Of a stretch of 64,000 nucleotides of DNA, positions 1 through 13,762 are shown one piece after another. Each line of letters starts with the position of its first letter. Position 1 is the stretch's first letter. Both the position numbers and the translations under genes were made by a program. Under the pieces are notes generated by a model. That model searched no databases. It saw only the letters and a list, made by a program, of their open reading frames with translations, and was not told where the DNA came from. The stretch spans positions 25,475,821 through 25,539,820 of the forward strand of contig NC_092379.1 in assembly GCF_030028105.1 (NCBI RefSeq). The letters run 5' to 3'. The stretch comes from Mobula birostris (Eukaryota).

Positions 1-1298
1 TCCGGTCCATCAATCCGTTTTTCCTTTGTCCTTTTGTGTGCCTTAATTGAGGCACAAGATGCTAATCTTGGGCTGGCTATATACATATCCCGTGGGTTCA
101 TTTTTATTTTCTGGACTCTTCCCTTCCCTTCAGCTTCCTCCTGAAGCCTTGCTTGACGCCTTGCCTGAAGCCTTGCCTGCAACCTCTGCCTGAAGCGTTG
201 AACTGAAGCCTTGTCTGAAACCTCGCCTGCGTCCTCACTGCATCGCTGTCAAGTTCTACCGCTGGAGCAAGTCCGGAGCTTTGCTGTGTCTAGATAAGAA
301 ACTGTATTTCGTTGTTTAGAACTGTTTCGTTGTGTCCTCTCCATCGCTAGCTAGGTCGGGCCGTTTGCCGCTTCCACGAGTTGGGATTTTTTTTTTTTTT
401 TTCTGTGTCGACGCCTTCGCTAGGTAGGTCCGGCCGTTTACCGTGACCTTGAGTTGGAACTGACTCTGTGTTCACGCCTTCGCTAGGTAGGTCCGGCCGT
501 TTGCAGATACCTTGTGGTGGGAACCGTCTCTGTCTCCATGCCTTCGTTACGTTAATCCAGTTGATTGCCACTACCTTGTGTTAGGACCCGTCTCTTTGTG
601 CCCTCGCCTCCGCTGGGTAGTTCCGGCCGTTTGCCGCTACCTTGAGTCAAGACCTGTCTCTCAGTGTTCTGTGTATGAGTCCCGGCCCTACGTCCTGTTC
701 CCAAGGAGAGATCCCCTCTCTGTGTTCTTCGTTCCTGTCTCCCAAAACCAAGGCTCAGTATTCCTGGTTCCTTTCTCGCAAGGCAAGGCTCTATGTTCTG
801 AGTTCCTGTCTTCCAATACCGAGTCAATTCTTCGTGGTCTCGTCCTGTCCTTGTGCCTCACCCGGCCCAGGAGTACCTGGTCTAGAGCAAGCCACGTCAA
901 AGTACGTCGTCTAGTCCAATCCAAGTTCTTGTGCTCTCGTTCTGTGCAGGTGTTCCATGCCCAGTCCTGTGGCCATGTCTAGTCCTGTAGCCTAGCGACG
1001 TCCAGTCCTGTAGCCATTGCCTGTCCACGCCTAGACCCGGGGTCCGAACACGTGTCAAGACCCAGATTCCGGGTCCCTGAGCAGTCTCTGGCTCGGAATC
1101 TGTGTGCAGGTTCCTGGTTCCTAGTTCTCCTGTCCTGGTTCTGCTTTCCTAGCCAAAGTAGAAACCTAAGTCTGTGTTCTTTTTCCAGCTCCTAGTCTAC
1201 ATCCAGTCACGTCCCGACCTCTAGTCCTAGTCCTGTTCCTAGTACTTCAATGTCTGTGTCTTGCATTTGGGTACGCCATCATCGCCCCCATTATGTGA
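1..1298 (+). mobile_element. Gypsy-type LTR (probable solo LTR, family A copy 1; 5' end just outside the window)
   Basis: The 3' end (cttgcatttgggtacgccatcatcgcccccattatgtga) matches the ends of the elements at 33915-35526 and 51987-54286. Contains internal short tandem repeats (ccttcgctaggtaggtccggccgttt x4; gaagccttgcct-like). No pol motifs. Confidence 0.7.
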
Positions 1299-1299
1299 A

Positions 1300-1708
1300 G
1301 TACCTTTCCCTGCAACCGCGTCATCCCAATCCACACCCTGAAGATCTCGACTTATGGCCTCATAGTTTGCTCTGCCCCAATTAAATAAATTCCCTGCTTC
1401 TCTGATTCTATCCTTTTTTCATGATAATCTTAAAGGCCAGGGAGCGGTGGTCACTGTCCCCGACATGCTCACCCATTGAGAGATCTGTGACCGGACCCAG
1501 TCCGTTACCTCATACTAGATCAAGTATAGCATTCACTCAAGTCGGCCTATCAACATAGTGTGACAGGAATCTGTCCTGGATACACTGAATAAACTTTGTC
1601 CTGTCTGAAACATTGGAAGTAATCAGGTGCCAAACAATATTAGGGAAGTTAAAGTCATCCATGATAACAACCCTGTTGTTATTGCACCTTTCCAATATCT
1701 ACCTCCCG
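1300..1708 (-). mobile_element. CR1 LINE fragment (APE endonuclease region)
   Basis: Minus strand reads ...LERCNNNRVVIMDDFNFPNIVW..., the CR1 GDFNFP motif. Confidence 0.7.
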
Positions 1709-1711
1709 ACC

Positions 1712-2185
1712 TGCTCCTCGACGTTTCGGGCGGAGACTCTTCGTTAGGTCTAACTGAAGGAAGAACTAGTAAGAGATTTGAAAGTGGGAGGTGGAGGGAG
1801 AGATCCAAAATAATAAGAGAAGACCAGAGGGGGAGGGATGGAGCCAAGAGCTGCACAGGTGATTGGCAAACGGGATATGAGAGGATCATGGGACAGAAGG
1901 CCCAGGGAGAAGGAAAAGGGGGAGGGAGGAGAAACTCAGAGGATGGGCAAGGGATATAGTCAGAGGGACAGAGGGAGAAAAAGGAGAGAGAGAGAGAGAG
2001 AGAGATAATGTGTGTATATGAATCAATAACGGAAGGGTACGAGGGTGAGGTGAGGCATTAGCGGAAGTTAAAGAAGTCAATGTTCATGCCATCAGGTTGG
2101 AGGCTACCCAGACGGAATATAAGGTGTTGTTCCTCCGACCTGACTGTCCCAGACGGAATATAAGGTGTTATTCCTTCAATCTGAG
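1712..2185 (-). mobile_element. Penelope-like element 3' end with pseudo-LTR
   Basis: Minus strand encodes QHLIFRLGSLQPDGMNIDFFNFR*, a typical PLE GIY-YIG C-terminus. Near-identical to 50660-51050. Degenerate hammerhead motif at 1717-1751. Confidence 0.75.
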
Positions 2186-2189
2186 TTAA

Positions 2190-2720
2190 GAAAGCGTTAA
2201 TTAGAGTAAGAAGAAATATGAGGTCATCCGGCAGGAACTTGGCAATATAAAGTGGGAACTGATGTTCGGAGGGAAATGTGAGGGAAATGTTCAGGGGATA
2301 TTTGTGTGTCTTTCTGCATAGGAATGTTCCAATGAGACAGGAAAGGAAGGTCGCGCACAGGAACCGTCGAGTACAAAGACTGTTTGAAATCTCGTCCAGA
2401 AGAAAAGAAGAGATCAGGACCTGTTAAAAAAAGCTAGATAATGAGAGAGATCGAGAGGATTATAAAGCTGGTAGGAAGGAGGTTAAAATGAAATTGGGAG
2501 AGCAGAAGGGGCCATGACAAAATCCATGGCGGCAGGATGAATGAAAATCGCAAGGCGTTCTACAAGTATGTGATGAGCAGGAGGATAAGACCTGAGAGAA
2601 TAGGGCCAATTGAGTGTCACAATGGAAAAGTGTGTATGGAACCGGAGGAGATAGCAGAGATACTTAATGCGTACTTTGTTTCAGTATTCGCTACCGAAAA
2701 TGATTTTGACGATTTCAGGC
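2190..2720 (+). mobile_element. CR1 LINE ORF2 fragment
   Basis: ORF 2537-2794 (KAFYKYVMSRR...EILNAYFVSVF) is the CR1 EN-RT linker; homologous to 58180-58680. Confidence 0.7.
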
Positions 2721-3560
2721 ATGACCATAGAAACTACAGCACAGAAACAGGCCTCTCGGCCCTTCTTGGCTGTGCCGAACCATTTTCTGCCTAGTTCCAC
2801 TGACCTGCACACGGACCATATCCCTCCATACACCTCTCATCCATGTATCTGTCCAATTTATTCTTAAATGTTAAAAAAGAAACCGCATTTACCACCTCGT
2901 CTGGCAGCTCATTCCATACTCCCACCACTCTTTGTGTGAAGAAGCCCCCTTTCCTAATGTTCCCTTTAAACTTCGCCCCCTCACCCTTAACCCATGTCCT
3001 CTGTTTTTTTTTTTTTTTTGTTTTGTTTTTTTCCCCTTGCCTCAGTGGAAAAAGCCTGCTTGCATTCACTCTATCTATAGCCATCATAATTTTATATACC
3101 TCTATCAAATCTCCCCTCATTCTTCTACGCTCCAGGGAATAAAGTCCTAACCTATTCAACCTTTCTCTGTAACTGAGTTTCTCAAGTCCCGGCAACATCC
3201 TTGTAAACCTTCTGTGCACTCTTTCAACCTTATTTATATCCTTGTTGTAATTTGATGACCAAAACTGAACACAATACTCCAGATTCGGCCTCAACAATGC
3301 CTTATACAACCTCATCAAAATATTCCAGCTCTTATACTCAATACTTTGATTGATAAAGACCAATGTTCCAAAGGCTGTCTTTACGACCCTATGTTCCTGC
3401 AACGCCACTTTTAGGGAATTTCGTATCTGTATTCCCAGATCCCTCTGTTCCGCTGCGCTGCTCAGTGCCTTACTATTAACCTTATATGTTCTACGGTGGT
3501 TTGTCTTTCCAACGTGCAATACCTCACACTTGTCAGTATTAAACTCCCGCTGCCATTTTC

Positions 3561-5063
3561 TTTTTTTTTTTTTTTTTAATTTTATTTTTATTTGGATAAG
3601 GAATTCACAAATATCATGTACTTTTTTCACACATATAACCTTTTCCATTTTTTATATGTATAAAACTACAATTATTTATACATTCTTAAGTACACATTGA
3701 GATGATAAAAAGGAAAATAAACATTTAAATAGATAATTATGTACTGTGGTAAATCTAACCTATTAGGATAAGTAATGGAATTAGTTGTTAAGAAAAATGG
3801 TAATAATAGTTTGCATATAACCCTTCTGGACCATTTCCACTGGTCCAAAATGTTGTATATAAGCCTATGTATCAACCATTGTAGGTGTTTATATCCTAAT
3901 TTGTTCATGTTTGCTCCTGCCCGCAGACATAATTATCCAATCCCTATGTACTTATTTACTTATTTTTTTTTTCATTTTTTTTATCCCTTTCCCAAATATT
4001 TCCCTTTACTTGTGTTAATTCTCTATTTTCCAAAAGAAAACAAACAAACAAAAAAAAAACAAACATTTAGACTAGGGGTGCTTACGTTAGCAATATTACT
4101 GTGTTGATGAGAAGAGCAGTATAAATCATTAGGAGAGTCATCTGAAGTCTGCTCGCATTGGGATTATATATTCAATCCATTTATTCCAGATTTGATATTT
4201 TTTTTTTCTTTTTGAGTTCTCAGGGAGTAAGTCAACTTTTCCATTTTAAATATTTCCAAGTTAATTTCATACCAATCTTCTAATGTAGGTGGTATTGGAT
4301 TTAGCCGTTTTCTAGTGATTGATTTCTTACTTGGCGCTAAGAGGGCCTGCAGCAACTTTATATCTTCCTTCTGTTCAAGAAACAATACATGCCCCAAATA
4401 GAGCATCTCAAAGTTCAGAGGTATCTGAGACCTAAGTACCTTACCTAATGTTCTATGAATACCTTCCCAAAATAGACTTAATTTAGGGCAATCCCAAAAA
4501 ATATGAAAATGATTTCCCTCCTTGGAGCCGCACCTTCTCCAACACATCACATTTGTATCTTTATATTTTTCCTGATATGGGGCCTTGAGGTATCTTATAA
4601 TGTTTTTCCAACAATGTTCTCTCCAAGTCAAAGAATTATTCGAGGACCATTGAAAGCTGCAGATTTTCCCCCAAGCCTCCTCTGAAAGTACCAACCCCGC
4701 TTCTCTCACCCACTTCTCTTTAATATACAGTGTATTTACATTTTTAGCATGGGAGAGTGCATTATATAATCGACAAACTGATTTACTAGGTATTGAACTG
4801 CAAGCCAAATTCAGAATCTTGAAAAATTCTAATTCTACTGTTGATAGGTCTGTATATCTACAACTCTGGTTAACATAGTTTCGTACTTGAAGGTACCTAA
4901 AAAAGTCATTATGTTCTAGGCCGTGTTTGTGCTGCAGGATTTGGAAACTTTGTAATACTCTTTTATATATAAATGAGAGGTAGGTTGTAAGACATTTCTT
5001 TATCCATAGCTCAAATCTTTTATCTCCTCTGTTGGGAAGGAATTCAGAATTATATGCACACCA
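3561..5063 (-). mobile_element. L1-clade LINE 3' end (5'-truncated) with poly(A) and 16-bp TSD
   Basis: 303-aa ORF 4164-5075 with the L1 C-terminal CWRRCG..H..HIFWDC zinc knuckle. Poly(T) on + from 3561. Direct repeat tcccgctgccattttc at 3545-3560 and 5064-5079. Confidence 0.9.
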
Positions 5064-5950
5064 TCCCGCTGCCATTTTCAGCCCATTTTTCCAGCTGGTT
5101 CAAGTCCCTCTGCAGGCTCTGAAATTCTTACTCACTGTCTACTACACCTCCGATCTTTGTATCATCAGCAAACTTGCTGATCCAATTTACCACATTATCA
5201 TCCAGATCATTGACATACGTAACAAATAACAATGGACCCAGTACTGATCCCTGTGGCACACCACTAGTCACAGACCTCCACTCAGAGAAGCAATTCTCTA
5301 CCACCACTCTCTGGCTTCTTCCATCGAGCCAATGTCCAATCCAATTTACCACCTCTCCATGTATACCTAGCGACTGAATTTTCCTAACTAACCTCCCATG
5401 CTGAACCTTGTCAAAGGCCTTACTGAAGTCCATGTAGACAATATCCACTGCCTTCCCTTCACCCATTTTCCTGGTAACCTCCTCGAAAAACTCCAATAGA
5501 TTGGTCAAACATGACCTACCACGCACCATGTTGACTCTCCCTAATAAGTCCCTGTCTATTCAAATGCTTGTAGATTCTGTCTCTTAGTACTCCCTCCAAT
5601 AACTTACCTACTAACGCCGTTAAACTTACTGGCCTATAGTTTCCCGGATTACTTTTCGATCCGGTTTTAAACAACGGAGCAAATGAGACAATCTCCAATC
5701 CTCCGGCACCTCACCTGTAGACAGCGACATTTTAAATATTTCAGCCAGGGCCCCTGCAATTTCAACACTGGTCTCCTTCAAGGTCCGAGAGAACACCCTG
5801 TCAAGTCGCGGGGATTTATCCACTTTAATTTTCCTCAAGACAGCAAGGACCTACTCCTTTTCGATCTGTACAATTTCCATGATCTCACTACTTGTTTCCC
5901 TTAATTCCATAGACTTCATACCAGTTTCCTTAGTAAATACAGACGTAAAA

Positions 5951-5959
<9 letters not shown>

Positions 5960-6006
<47 letters not shown>
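5960..6006. repeat. (TA)n microsatellite following an A-run
   Basis: Seen directly in the sequence. Confidence 0.95.
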
Positions 6007-6009
<3 letters not shown>

Positions 6010-7399
6010 CTCCTCCATTTCCTTCGGTTTCGCTCATAGCCGACCACTCTGAATTTCAAGAGGACCAATTTTATCCCTTACAATCCTTTTGCTCGTAATA
6101 TACCTGTAAATGCTCTTTGGATTACCCTTCTCTTTGACTACCAAGGCAACCTCATGTCTTATTTTAGCCCTCTTGTTTTCTTCCTTAAGTATTTTCTTGC
6201 ATTTCTTATACTCCTCGAGCACCTTATTTACTCCCTGCTTCCTATACACGTCATACAACTCACGCTTCTTCTTTATCAGAGTTGCAATATCCCTTGAGAA
6301 CAAAGGTTCCTTATTGCTATTCACCTTGCCTTTAATCCTGACAGGAACATACAAATTCTGCACTCTCAAAATGTCGACTTTGAAGGCTTCCCACCTACCG
6401 ATCACAGCCATGCCAGAGGACAACCTGTCCCAATCCACGCTTTTTAGATCCTTTCTCATTTTTTTCAAATTTGGCCTTCTTCCAGTCAAGAACCTCAACC
6501 CTAGGACGAGATATATCCTTGTCCATGATCAAGTTGAAACTAATGATGTTATGATCACTAGAACCAAAGTGCTCCCCTACACAGACTTCTGTCACTTTTC
6601 CTAACTCGTTTCCTAACAGAAAATCCAATATTGCATCCCCTCTAGGTGGTCCCTCTATATATTGATTTAGAAAACTTTCCTGAACACATTTTACAAACTC
6701 TAAACCACTTAACACTATGAGAGACCCAATCAATATATGGAAAATTAAAATCCCCTACTACCACAACTTTATGTTTCCTGCAGTTGCCCGCTATTGCTCT
6801 GCAGATTTGCACTTCCAATTCTCTTTGACTATTGGGTGATCTGTAATGCAATCCCACTAATGTGGCCAGACCTTTCCTGTTTCTCAGCTCCACCCACAAG
6901 GACTCAGTAGACAAGCCCTCTAATGTGTCCTGCCTGAGCACTGCTGTAATATTTTCCCGAACAAGCAATGCTACTACCCCAACTTTCATTCCTCTGCCTC
7001 GATCACATTTGAAACATCGGAACCCTGGAATATTAAGCTGCCAGGCCCGCCCCTCCTGTAGCCAAGTTTCACTAATTGCTACAATGTCATAATTGCACGT
7101 GTCAATCCACGCCCTCAACTCATCCGCCTTCCCCGCAATACTCCGAGCATTGAAATATATACACCTCAGAAGATTTTTACCACCACTCACAACCTTTCTA
7201 TTAGCGGATTTGCTTGAACTTTTAACATCAATTATTTTCACCCCAGCCACACTGTCAGCTCTCGCACTTTGGTTCCCATCCCCCTGCAAATCCAGTTTGA
7301 AGCACCACTCCCAACAACATTTACAAACCTCCCTGAAAGGATATTGGTCCCCCTGTAGTTCTGACTTTGAGAGGACAGAACTGTTTGAGCATATAGATA

Positions 7400-8760
7400 T
7401 TAAGAAATAGATGTACTGGAGCTTTTAGGAAGCAACAAGTTGGATAGGTCAGCGGAAGTGACGAGATGCACCCAATACTACTGTGGGAAGCAATGGAGGA
7501 GATCGCTGAGCCTCTGGAAATGATCATTGCATCGTCAATGGTGACTGGTGATATTTCGGAAGATTGTAGGGTTGCAGATGTTCTGCACTTTTTCGAGGAC
7601 AGTAGTAGAGATAGACAAGGAAATTATGGACCAGTGAGCTTTACTTGAGTTGTAGTTAAGTTGATAGGAAAGGTCCTGAGAGGCACGATTTATGAACATT
7701 TGGAGAGACATGACACGATTAGGAATTGTCGGCCTGGTTTTGTCAAAGGCAGGTCCTGAATCCTCATTGTTGTTTATTATTTCAGGATGTGGCGAAACAT
7801 ATTAGTGAAGGCAGTGGAGTAGATGTAGTGCATATGGATTTAAGCAAGGCTTTTGACAATGTACCCCATGCAAGGTTTATTGAGAGTATAAGGAGGCATG
7901 GCATCCAAGGGTATATTGCTTTGTGGATCTGGAATTGGCTTGCCCACAGAAGACAAAGATATATATGAGGTGGTTTACTCTGGTAGGTCAAATATGATGG
8001 CAGAATATCGTATTGATGGTAACACTCTTAGCAGCGTGCAGGATCAGAGGGATCTTGGGGTCCGAGTGCATAAGATACACAAAGCTGTTACGCATGGTGA
8101 CTTGTGTTTAAGAAGGCACGCGGTGCATTTGCCTTCAACACCCGTGGGATTGAATTTAGGAGCCGACAAGTAATGTTCCAGCCATATGGGGCACAGGGCA
8201 GAAAACATATGGAGTACCGTACTCATTTCTGGTCGCCTCACCGCAGGAAGGTTGTTAACACCATAGAAAGGGTACAGAGGAGATTTACAAGGATGTTGTC
8301 TGGATTAGGGACCATGCCTTATGAGAATAGGTTGAGTGAATTCTGTCTTTTCTCCTTGAACGACGGTGGAAGAAAGGTGAACTGATAGTAATTTATAAAA
8401 TGATGAGAGGCATTGATCGTGAGGACAGACAGAGTTTTTTTTTTTTTTTTTTTTTTTTTTCTCCCCAGGGCTCAAAGAGATAACATGAGAAGGCATAGTT
8501 TGAAGGTGCTTGGAAGTAAGTGCAGCGGAGATGTCAGTGGTAACTTTTTTTTTTTTTTTTTTTAGCAGGGAACTGTGAGTGCGTGGAATGGGCTGCCGGC
8601 GAATGTAGTGTAGGCGGATACATTATGGTCTTTTAAGAGACCCCTAGAGTTGTACATGGATCTTAGAAAAATAGAGGGCTATGGTAAACTCTGGGTAATT
8701 TCTCAAGTGAGTACATTTTTGGCATAGCATTGTAGGCTGAAGGGCATGTATTGTGCTGTT
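7400..8760 (+). mobile_element. CR1 LINE RT and 3' end fragment
   Basis: GNYGPVSFT, HMDLSKAFDNVPH, QRRFTRMLSGL; same subfamily as 58100-60180. Confidence 0.8.
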
Positions 8761-8769
8761 GGTTTTCGT

Positions 8770-11090
8770 CACATGACAAGTCACTCAGTTCCAGAAGTCA
8801 TTTTTGTGGACCTCCTTTGAACCCTCTCCACTTTCAGCACAGCCTTTGTAAGGTAACTTACCGAAAATTTCTCACAATAATCTAAGTGTCAACAACCCAC
8901 CCCAATGCTTTTAAAGTTCAACATTAGTTCATTGTTCATAGATTCTAGTCCTCTTGAAATTAAGTCTAAATTCGCCCTTGCCTTTATAACCACCGGCTCA
9001 TTCTGCAAACTAACTTTCCGTGTATCCTGCTTAATGATTCTGGCGACCCTTTGTGTCTCAGCACTTTTTTCTCGATTTCTCTCTACTTAGTGCCGATTCA
9101 AACCTTTCATATCTTGTACCAGCTGAGTGACTATTCATATCCGGACGCTCTATTCCATGAACCGTTGCTTTCCCCTTCCTAAAAATCTGTCTAAGTTCTT
9201 CTTTAGCCTGTTGGAATCCTCTCGATCATTTACACCTCTAGTCATCTTCATATCGTTTGGGCAAAAAATAAAGATCGACTGTATCATCCAAATCATTCAC
9301 AAATAAAGTAAAAGTAGTCGTTCCAAGCTCAGAATCTTGTAGACATAACTCGTAACCGAGAGCTGGTCAGAACATTTTCCCTTTATTCCAACATTTTCCC
9401 TCCTGCCAATCAGCCACTGCTTTATACATGCCTAAATCTTTCCTCTCACGCCAAGGACTCGTAGTTTGTTTATCCCCGTCATGTGTGGCCTTGTCAATGG
9501 CCTTGTGAAAATCCTAGTCTGCATCATCAACTGATTCCCATTCTTCTATCTTGATTGCAACTGCGTCAAATATTTGCAACAAATTTGTCAGGCACGATTT
9601 TCCCCTGATGAAACAAGATGTCTCCAAGACTCCTGATACCTGAACTTTTATAATCGAATCGAATATCTTCCCAGTCTCTGAGGTCAGACAAAATGGTTCA
9701 TAGATCCGTATCTTCAACCTCTCTTCCTTATTGAGGTGACATTTACATATTTCCGGTTTTAAGGAGCTATTCCACAATCTATTAGTTCGGAACGATCATT
9801 CCGAATGCATCCACGATCTCTTCAGCCACCTCTGTCTGCAAACTAGATTGTATACCATCTGTTCAGAGTGACCTATCTACCTTCAGATCTTTCACATTTC
9901 CAAGATTGTTTTACGCTAGTTATGATAACTTCACAGACTACACCCCAATAACACGTAAAACTTCCAGCATACTGCTATTGCCTTTGTCAGTGAAGACAAA
10001 TGCAAAATAATTCTTCAGTTCGTCCTCTATTTCTTTCTTTCATTTACTACCACTGCAGGATCATTTTCGGGCTGTCTACTCCCTACTCTCTCCTCTCTGT
10101 TAGACTTTATGTTTGTGAAGAACATTTTGGAGTCTCATTAATATCACTTCCTCTCATATTCCAGCTTTACACACTCAAAGCTTTTTTGGCTGTGTACTGT
10201 TGCTCTGTTTTTTTTTTCAAGTTCCACAATCCTATAACATCCCATTAATCTTGCTTCTATTCTATGCACATTTTATGTTCATATTGACTTGTCTTGCAAA
10301 ACATGGCTGAGGCGTCTTGCCTTTGGAATAATTCTTCCGTAGCATGTATATATCCTGTCCCTTTCGATTTTCCCCCCACAAATACCAACAATTACGGTTC
10401 TGCCGTCAACCTCGTCAGATTGTTTTCTAGTAAATTCTGGAAAAAAGTCTTCTCTCATGCCCTTGTAGTTCCGTTTACGCCTGCGTAATACTGATGCAGC
10501 TGTGTTTAGCTTCGGCTTTTCAAATTTCAGATTGAGTTCAGATTGATGACTTCCCCCAAAGGTTTCATTTCATTTATTTATTTATTTCCATTTTTATCTT
10601 ATGCTGTCTAATCAATTCTGGCTCTTTACAAAACAACCAATCGAAAGCAACCGAACCTCCGTTGGTCTCAACCGCGAGCTGCTCGTAAAAATCCATCTCG
10701 TAGACATTTTTTAATTTCCCCTTTCTTTAAACCAACACCAACCAGGTTTTCACAACCTAGCAGTATGTTGTCCCCATGACAATTGTGTATTTTCCCTTTG
10801 TAATAAATTTGCTCTTTCATGCAATTTTTCGGCATCCACGTTACGCCTGTTTTGGGGTCTGTATACAACTTTCATCATGGTCATTTAACACTTCCCTTTC
10901 CTTAACTCTATTCACAATGACTCAAGAAATTTCTGACTCAAGCATATCTTATCTTTTTTAAGTTCATTCGTTGTATTCCCAAATTTGCCTGCGATGTTAT
11001 CAGCATCCGTCTCCACAATCTCTCCACTAATTGTTCTGTCACTTGGATCCAATCCCCCTGAAACTCGGGTTAAAACCCTAACTTCTGATT
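8770..11090 (-). mobile_element. Old degenerate CR1 LINE
   Basis: Remnants FIRGKSCLTNLLQIFD and CLRDGFL on the minus strand. Confidence 0.6.
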
Positions 11091-11369
11091 GGGTTGTCTG
11101 GCAACGACAACCTTGCGTTCAATATCATTAAGACCAATGGGCCACTTCAGGACCAAAGTAGACGTAACAAACCTGTCATTATCAAGGGGTCAGCTTTTGC
11201 ACCGGTGAGCAGTTCCAAGTCGCAGAGTGTCAAAATATCTAAAGATCTATCTACAAACCAATATATTGATGCAATTATATGATTGGTCTGACAGCGCGCT
11301 ATATATAATTAAAAGCTTAGAGAAGAATTGAAGTGCTACCAAAGACACACGGCAATTTCAACAGAGGCA

Positions 11370-11815
11370 TATGAACAGCGTTCTAACAGGTAGCATGGCA
11401 GTCTCGACACCGGAAACCGTTGCATAGTTTATGGAAAAGCTGCAGAAATACTTCAAGTAACCTTTCAAAAGTGATACTTCAAAGAAGAAGGCATAGATCA
11501 TTAAAGACCCTCGTCACCCAGGACATGCACTCGTCTGAACGCTAACATTACGGAAGACGGACTGAAGGTTTAATACACGAACTCAACGTTTCAAGGACAA
11601 CTCCTTTCCCTCGGTAATCTAATTTACAAATGGACAATGAAACCGTTCATGCTATTTCACAATATGTTCTCTATTTTGCATTACGTTATTTAAGACCCAT
11701 TTAAATATACTTGCAAATAGTATTTTTTCAGATTTTTAATTATTATCTATTTCAAAGTACTGTTGGCACACAAACAAACAAAAAATCACGATATATGCCA
11801 GTGATATTAAACGTC
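11370..11815 (+). mobile_element. Rex1/Babar LINE 3' end remnant
   Basis: gatcattaaagaccctcgtcacccaggacatgcactc corresponds to IIKDPxHPGHAL; later RFKDNSFPS; tail aaatcacgatatatgccagtgatattaaac. Confidence 0.6.
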
Positions 11816-12722
11816 TTGCTCGGTGTAATTTGTACAAAAAGAAGACTCTGTGACATATAATGAGCGCCTGAGCAGAAAATATACCGATCTAGGTAGAAAG
11901 CTGTGGTGCCTGACTTTTATATTTTGCTATCTCTAGACCACTCTGCCCGTGCTAGGCACCATTGAAGATAATAGCGGTATACCTTGGCAATTGAATGATA
12001 GCCGAACATTCGTCGGAGTGGATGTATTTTGTGATTTCTGATTAGTACGATCTTTTCAGGAGAAGCAATGTTGTTTTCGATAGGAACGGGTAGCAATTGA
12101 AGTGGTGGGATCAATTGTTTTCTTGAGAAGAGTAGACTTTGTCATTAACTTAACCTTCTGCATAATAATGGGGCAGGGAACCTCTACAACCCACATTTCC
12201 GATACCATCTTATTGATTACAACACCTGACCTCGAAAAGATTTGTACAGGCATTGCCGCAGAGGTTCAAATACTTTTCAAATTACATGCACGTAATATTG
12301 GATAATTTTCTCAATAAATAAATGAACAAGTATGTTGTGTTTTGTGTTTGGGACTTACATAAAGATCTGATCACATTTATGTCTAATGACGCAGAAATAG
12401 TGAAATTCTGCAGAGTTCACAAGCTCGCTCGCACCACTCTATCTATAATGATATCAGACCTTAATCATGCTCATTCTTTGTTTACTATAAACGAGACGTT
12501 AATTAGCTATCAGGAGAGGCTGAAGTAAATTCCTACGATAGTTGACCTAAACTTGCTTCAGATTACTTTCGGGCGTGTGGAGTAGACCAATACTCTTAAC
12601 ATCCGAAAAGTCTACATATACATTTAACAGAGGAATTTGCCACTGCAATTCCGCATTAATGGCTGGAAGCTTGTGGCAAAGACACCGAAACAAACAGCAG
12701 CTGTGCCTCAAACACCTTCTGC

Positions 12723-12761
12723 AGTTTTTGTACGAGGATAGAATCTGTTTCCACCACTGTG
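12723..12761 (-). promoter_or_regulatory. V(D)J recombination signal sequence, 23-bp spacer (23-RSS)
   Basis: Minus strand: CACAGTG (12761-12755), 23-nt spacer gtggaaacagattctatcctcgt, then ACAAAAACT (12731-12723), directly after the YYCAVP codons. Confidence 0.96.
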
Positions 12762-13063
12762 AGGTACAGCACAATAATACGTTGCCATATCATACAAGCG
12801 CATCGCTGGAATTGTTAAACGATACTCCATTTGGCTCTCCTGGACAACATCAGCGAACCGGCCTTTGGCAAAATCCGCCTGAATGTCGTTGCCACCACGT
12901 GTGTTTCGCCGAGCCACAAACTCGATCTGTCTACCAAGGTTTTGGCGATACCAAAATAAGTAATTAGCATCTCTGGTGTAGCTGCACGTGAAGGTAATGC
13001 GTTCGCCCTCAGTCCCGGTGTGTGAGGATTCCCGCTGAGTCACTGAAACGCCATCACTAAGAT
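12762..13063 (-). CDS. T-cell receptor alpha/delta-type V exon, open and apparently functional
   Basis: Acceptor ttctctctgtattctag, phase 1. Reads (D)LSDGVSVTQRESSHTGTEGERITFTCSYTRDANYLFWYRQNLGRQIEFVARRNTRGGNDIQADFAKGRFADVVQESQMEYRLTIPAMRLYDMATYYCAVP, with first Cys, WYRQ and YYC, followed by a 23-RSS. TRAV versus TRDV cannot be decided from sequence alone. Confidence 0.95.
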
Positions 13064-13628
13064 CTAGAATACAGAGAGAATTAGTATTTCATATTCAAAA
13101 CCAATTAGCTACACACAGCGTGGTTGTTAATATAAAATAATATCAACTTACTAGAGGATTGTACGGTGTGTTGTGTGCCTACTAAAACATTCACAACACT
13201 TCTTCTCTTCAAATTTATATCCCTCAAGTTCTTGTTTTCATTTATTCTTGTAATTCCCATCCAATACTTCCGATGATGCAGCATATGCATCTGTATCATT
13301 ATTAGATGACGAACTGTCAACTGTCAACTTTCAATCAGCAATGAACATAAATCTAAAGTCTTTTTTTATCGGAAGTCAGCCATACAAATATAGATACAGT
13401 CTTTCGAACTCTATTCTTTTTTGAATAGAAAACGAATATAGACTCTACTTTCGACTTTATTATGAAGAAATATGCAAGCCGAAGCCCTCGTGCTGACCGT
13501 TAAAATCTCAAGCATTCAGTTTATACATGCATTATCTTAATTTCATGTATGACTCTAAAAGTCTAAAACCGTTCGATTCGATGCATCCGAATAATTTAGT
13601 TACCATTAAACACGGCTTCTCTGCTTAC

Positions 13629-13674
13629 CAATGATCAATGAAACCCACAACGCAACGAGTGCATGGTGTCGCAT
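13629..13674 (-). CDS. Leader exon of the V gene at 12762-13063
   Basis: ATG CGA CAC...ATC ATT G|gtaagc encodes MRHHALVALWVSLII; 46 nt, phase 1, hydrophobic. The 565-nt GT-AG intron (13064-13628) restores the V frame. Confidence 0.9.
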
Positions 13675-13762
13675 TTTCTACTACAAAAATGCCGACACTT
13701 CTGAGCTTTACGGGTCAGTGAGACATGGATGAAATAGAGAGGGAAGCGCCGACTGGGTACTA

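Larger units (their letters stand above)
2722..7360 (-). mobile_element. CR1 LINE, 5'-truncated, APE-RT with 3' tail; interrupted by L1 and (TA)n
   Basis: Frameshifted ORFs contain CIYFNARSI, SETWL, GDFNFP, NYRPVSLT, YMDFSKAFDKV, GVPQGSVLGP and KFADDTK; 3' tail catagaaac at about 2725. Confidence 0.92.
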
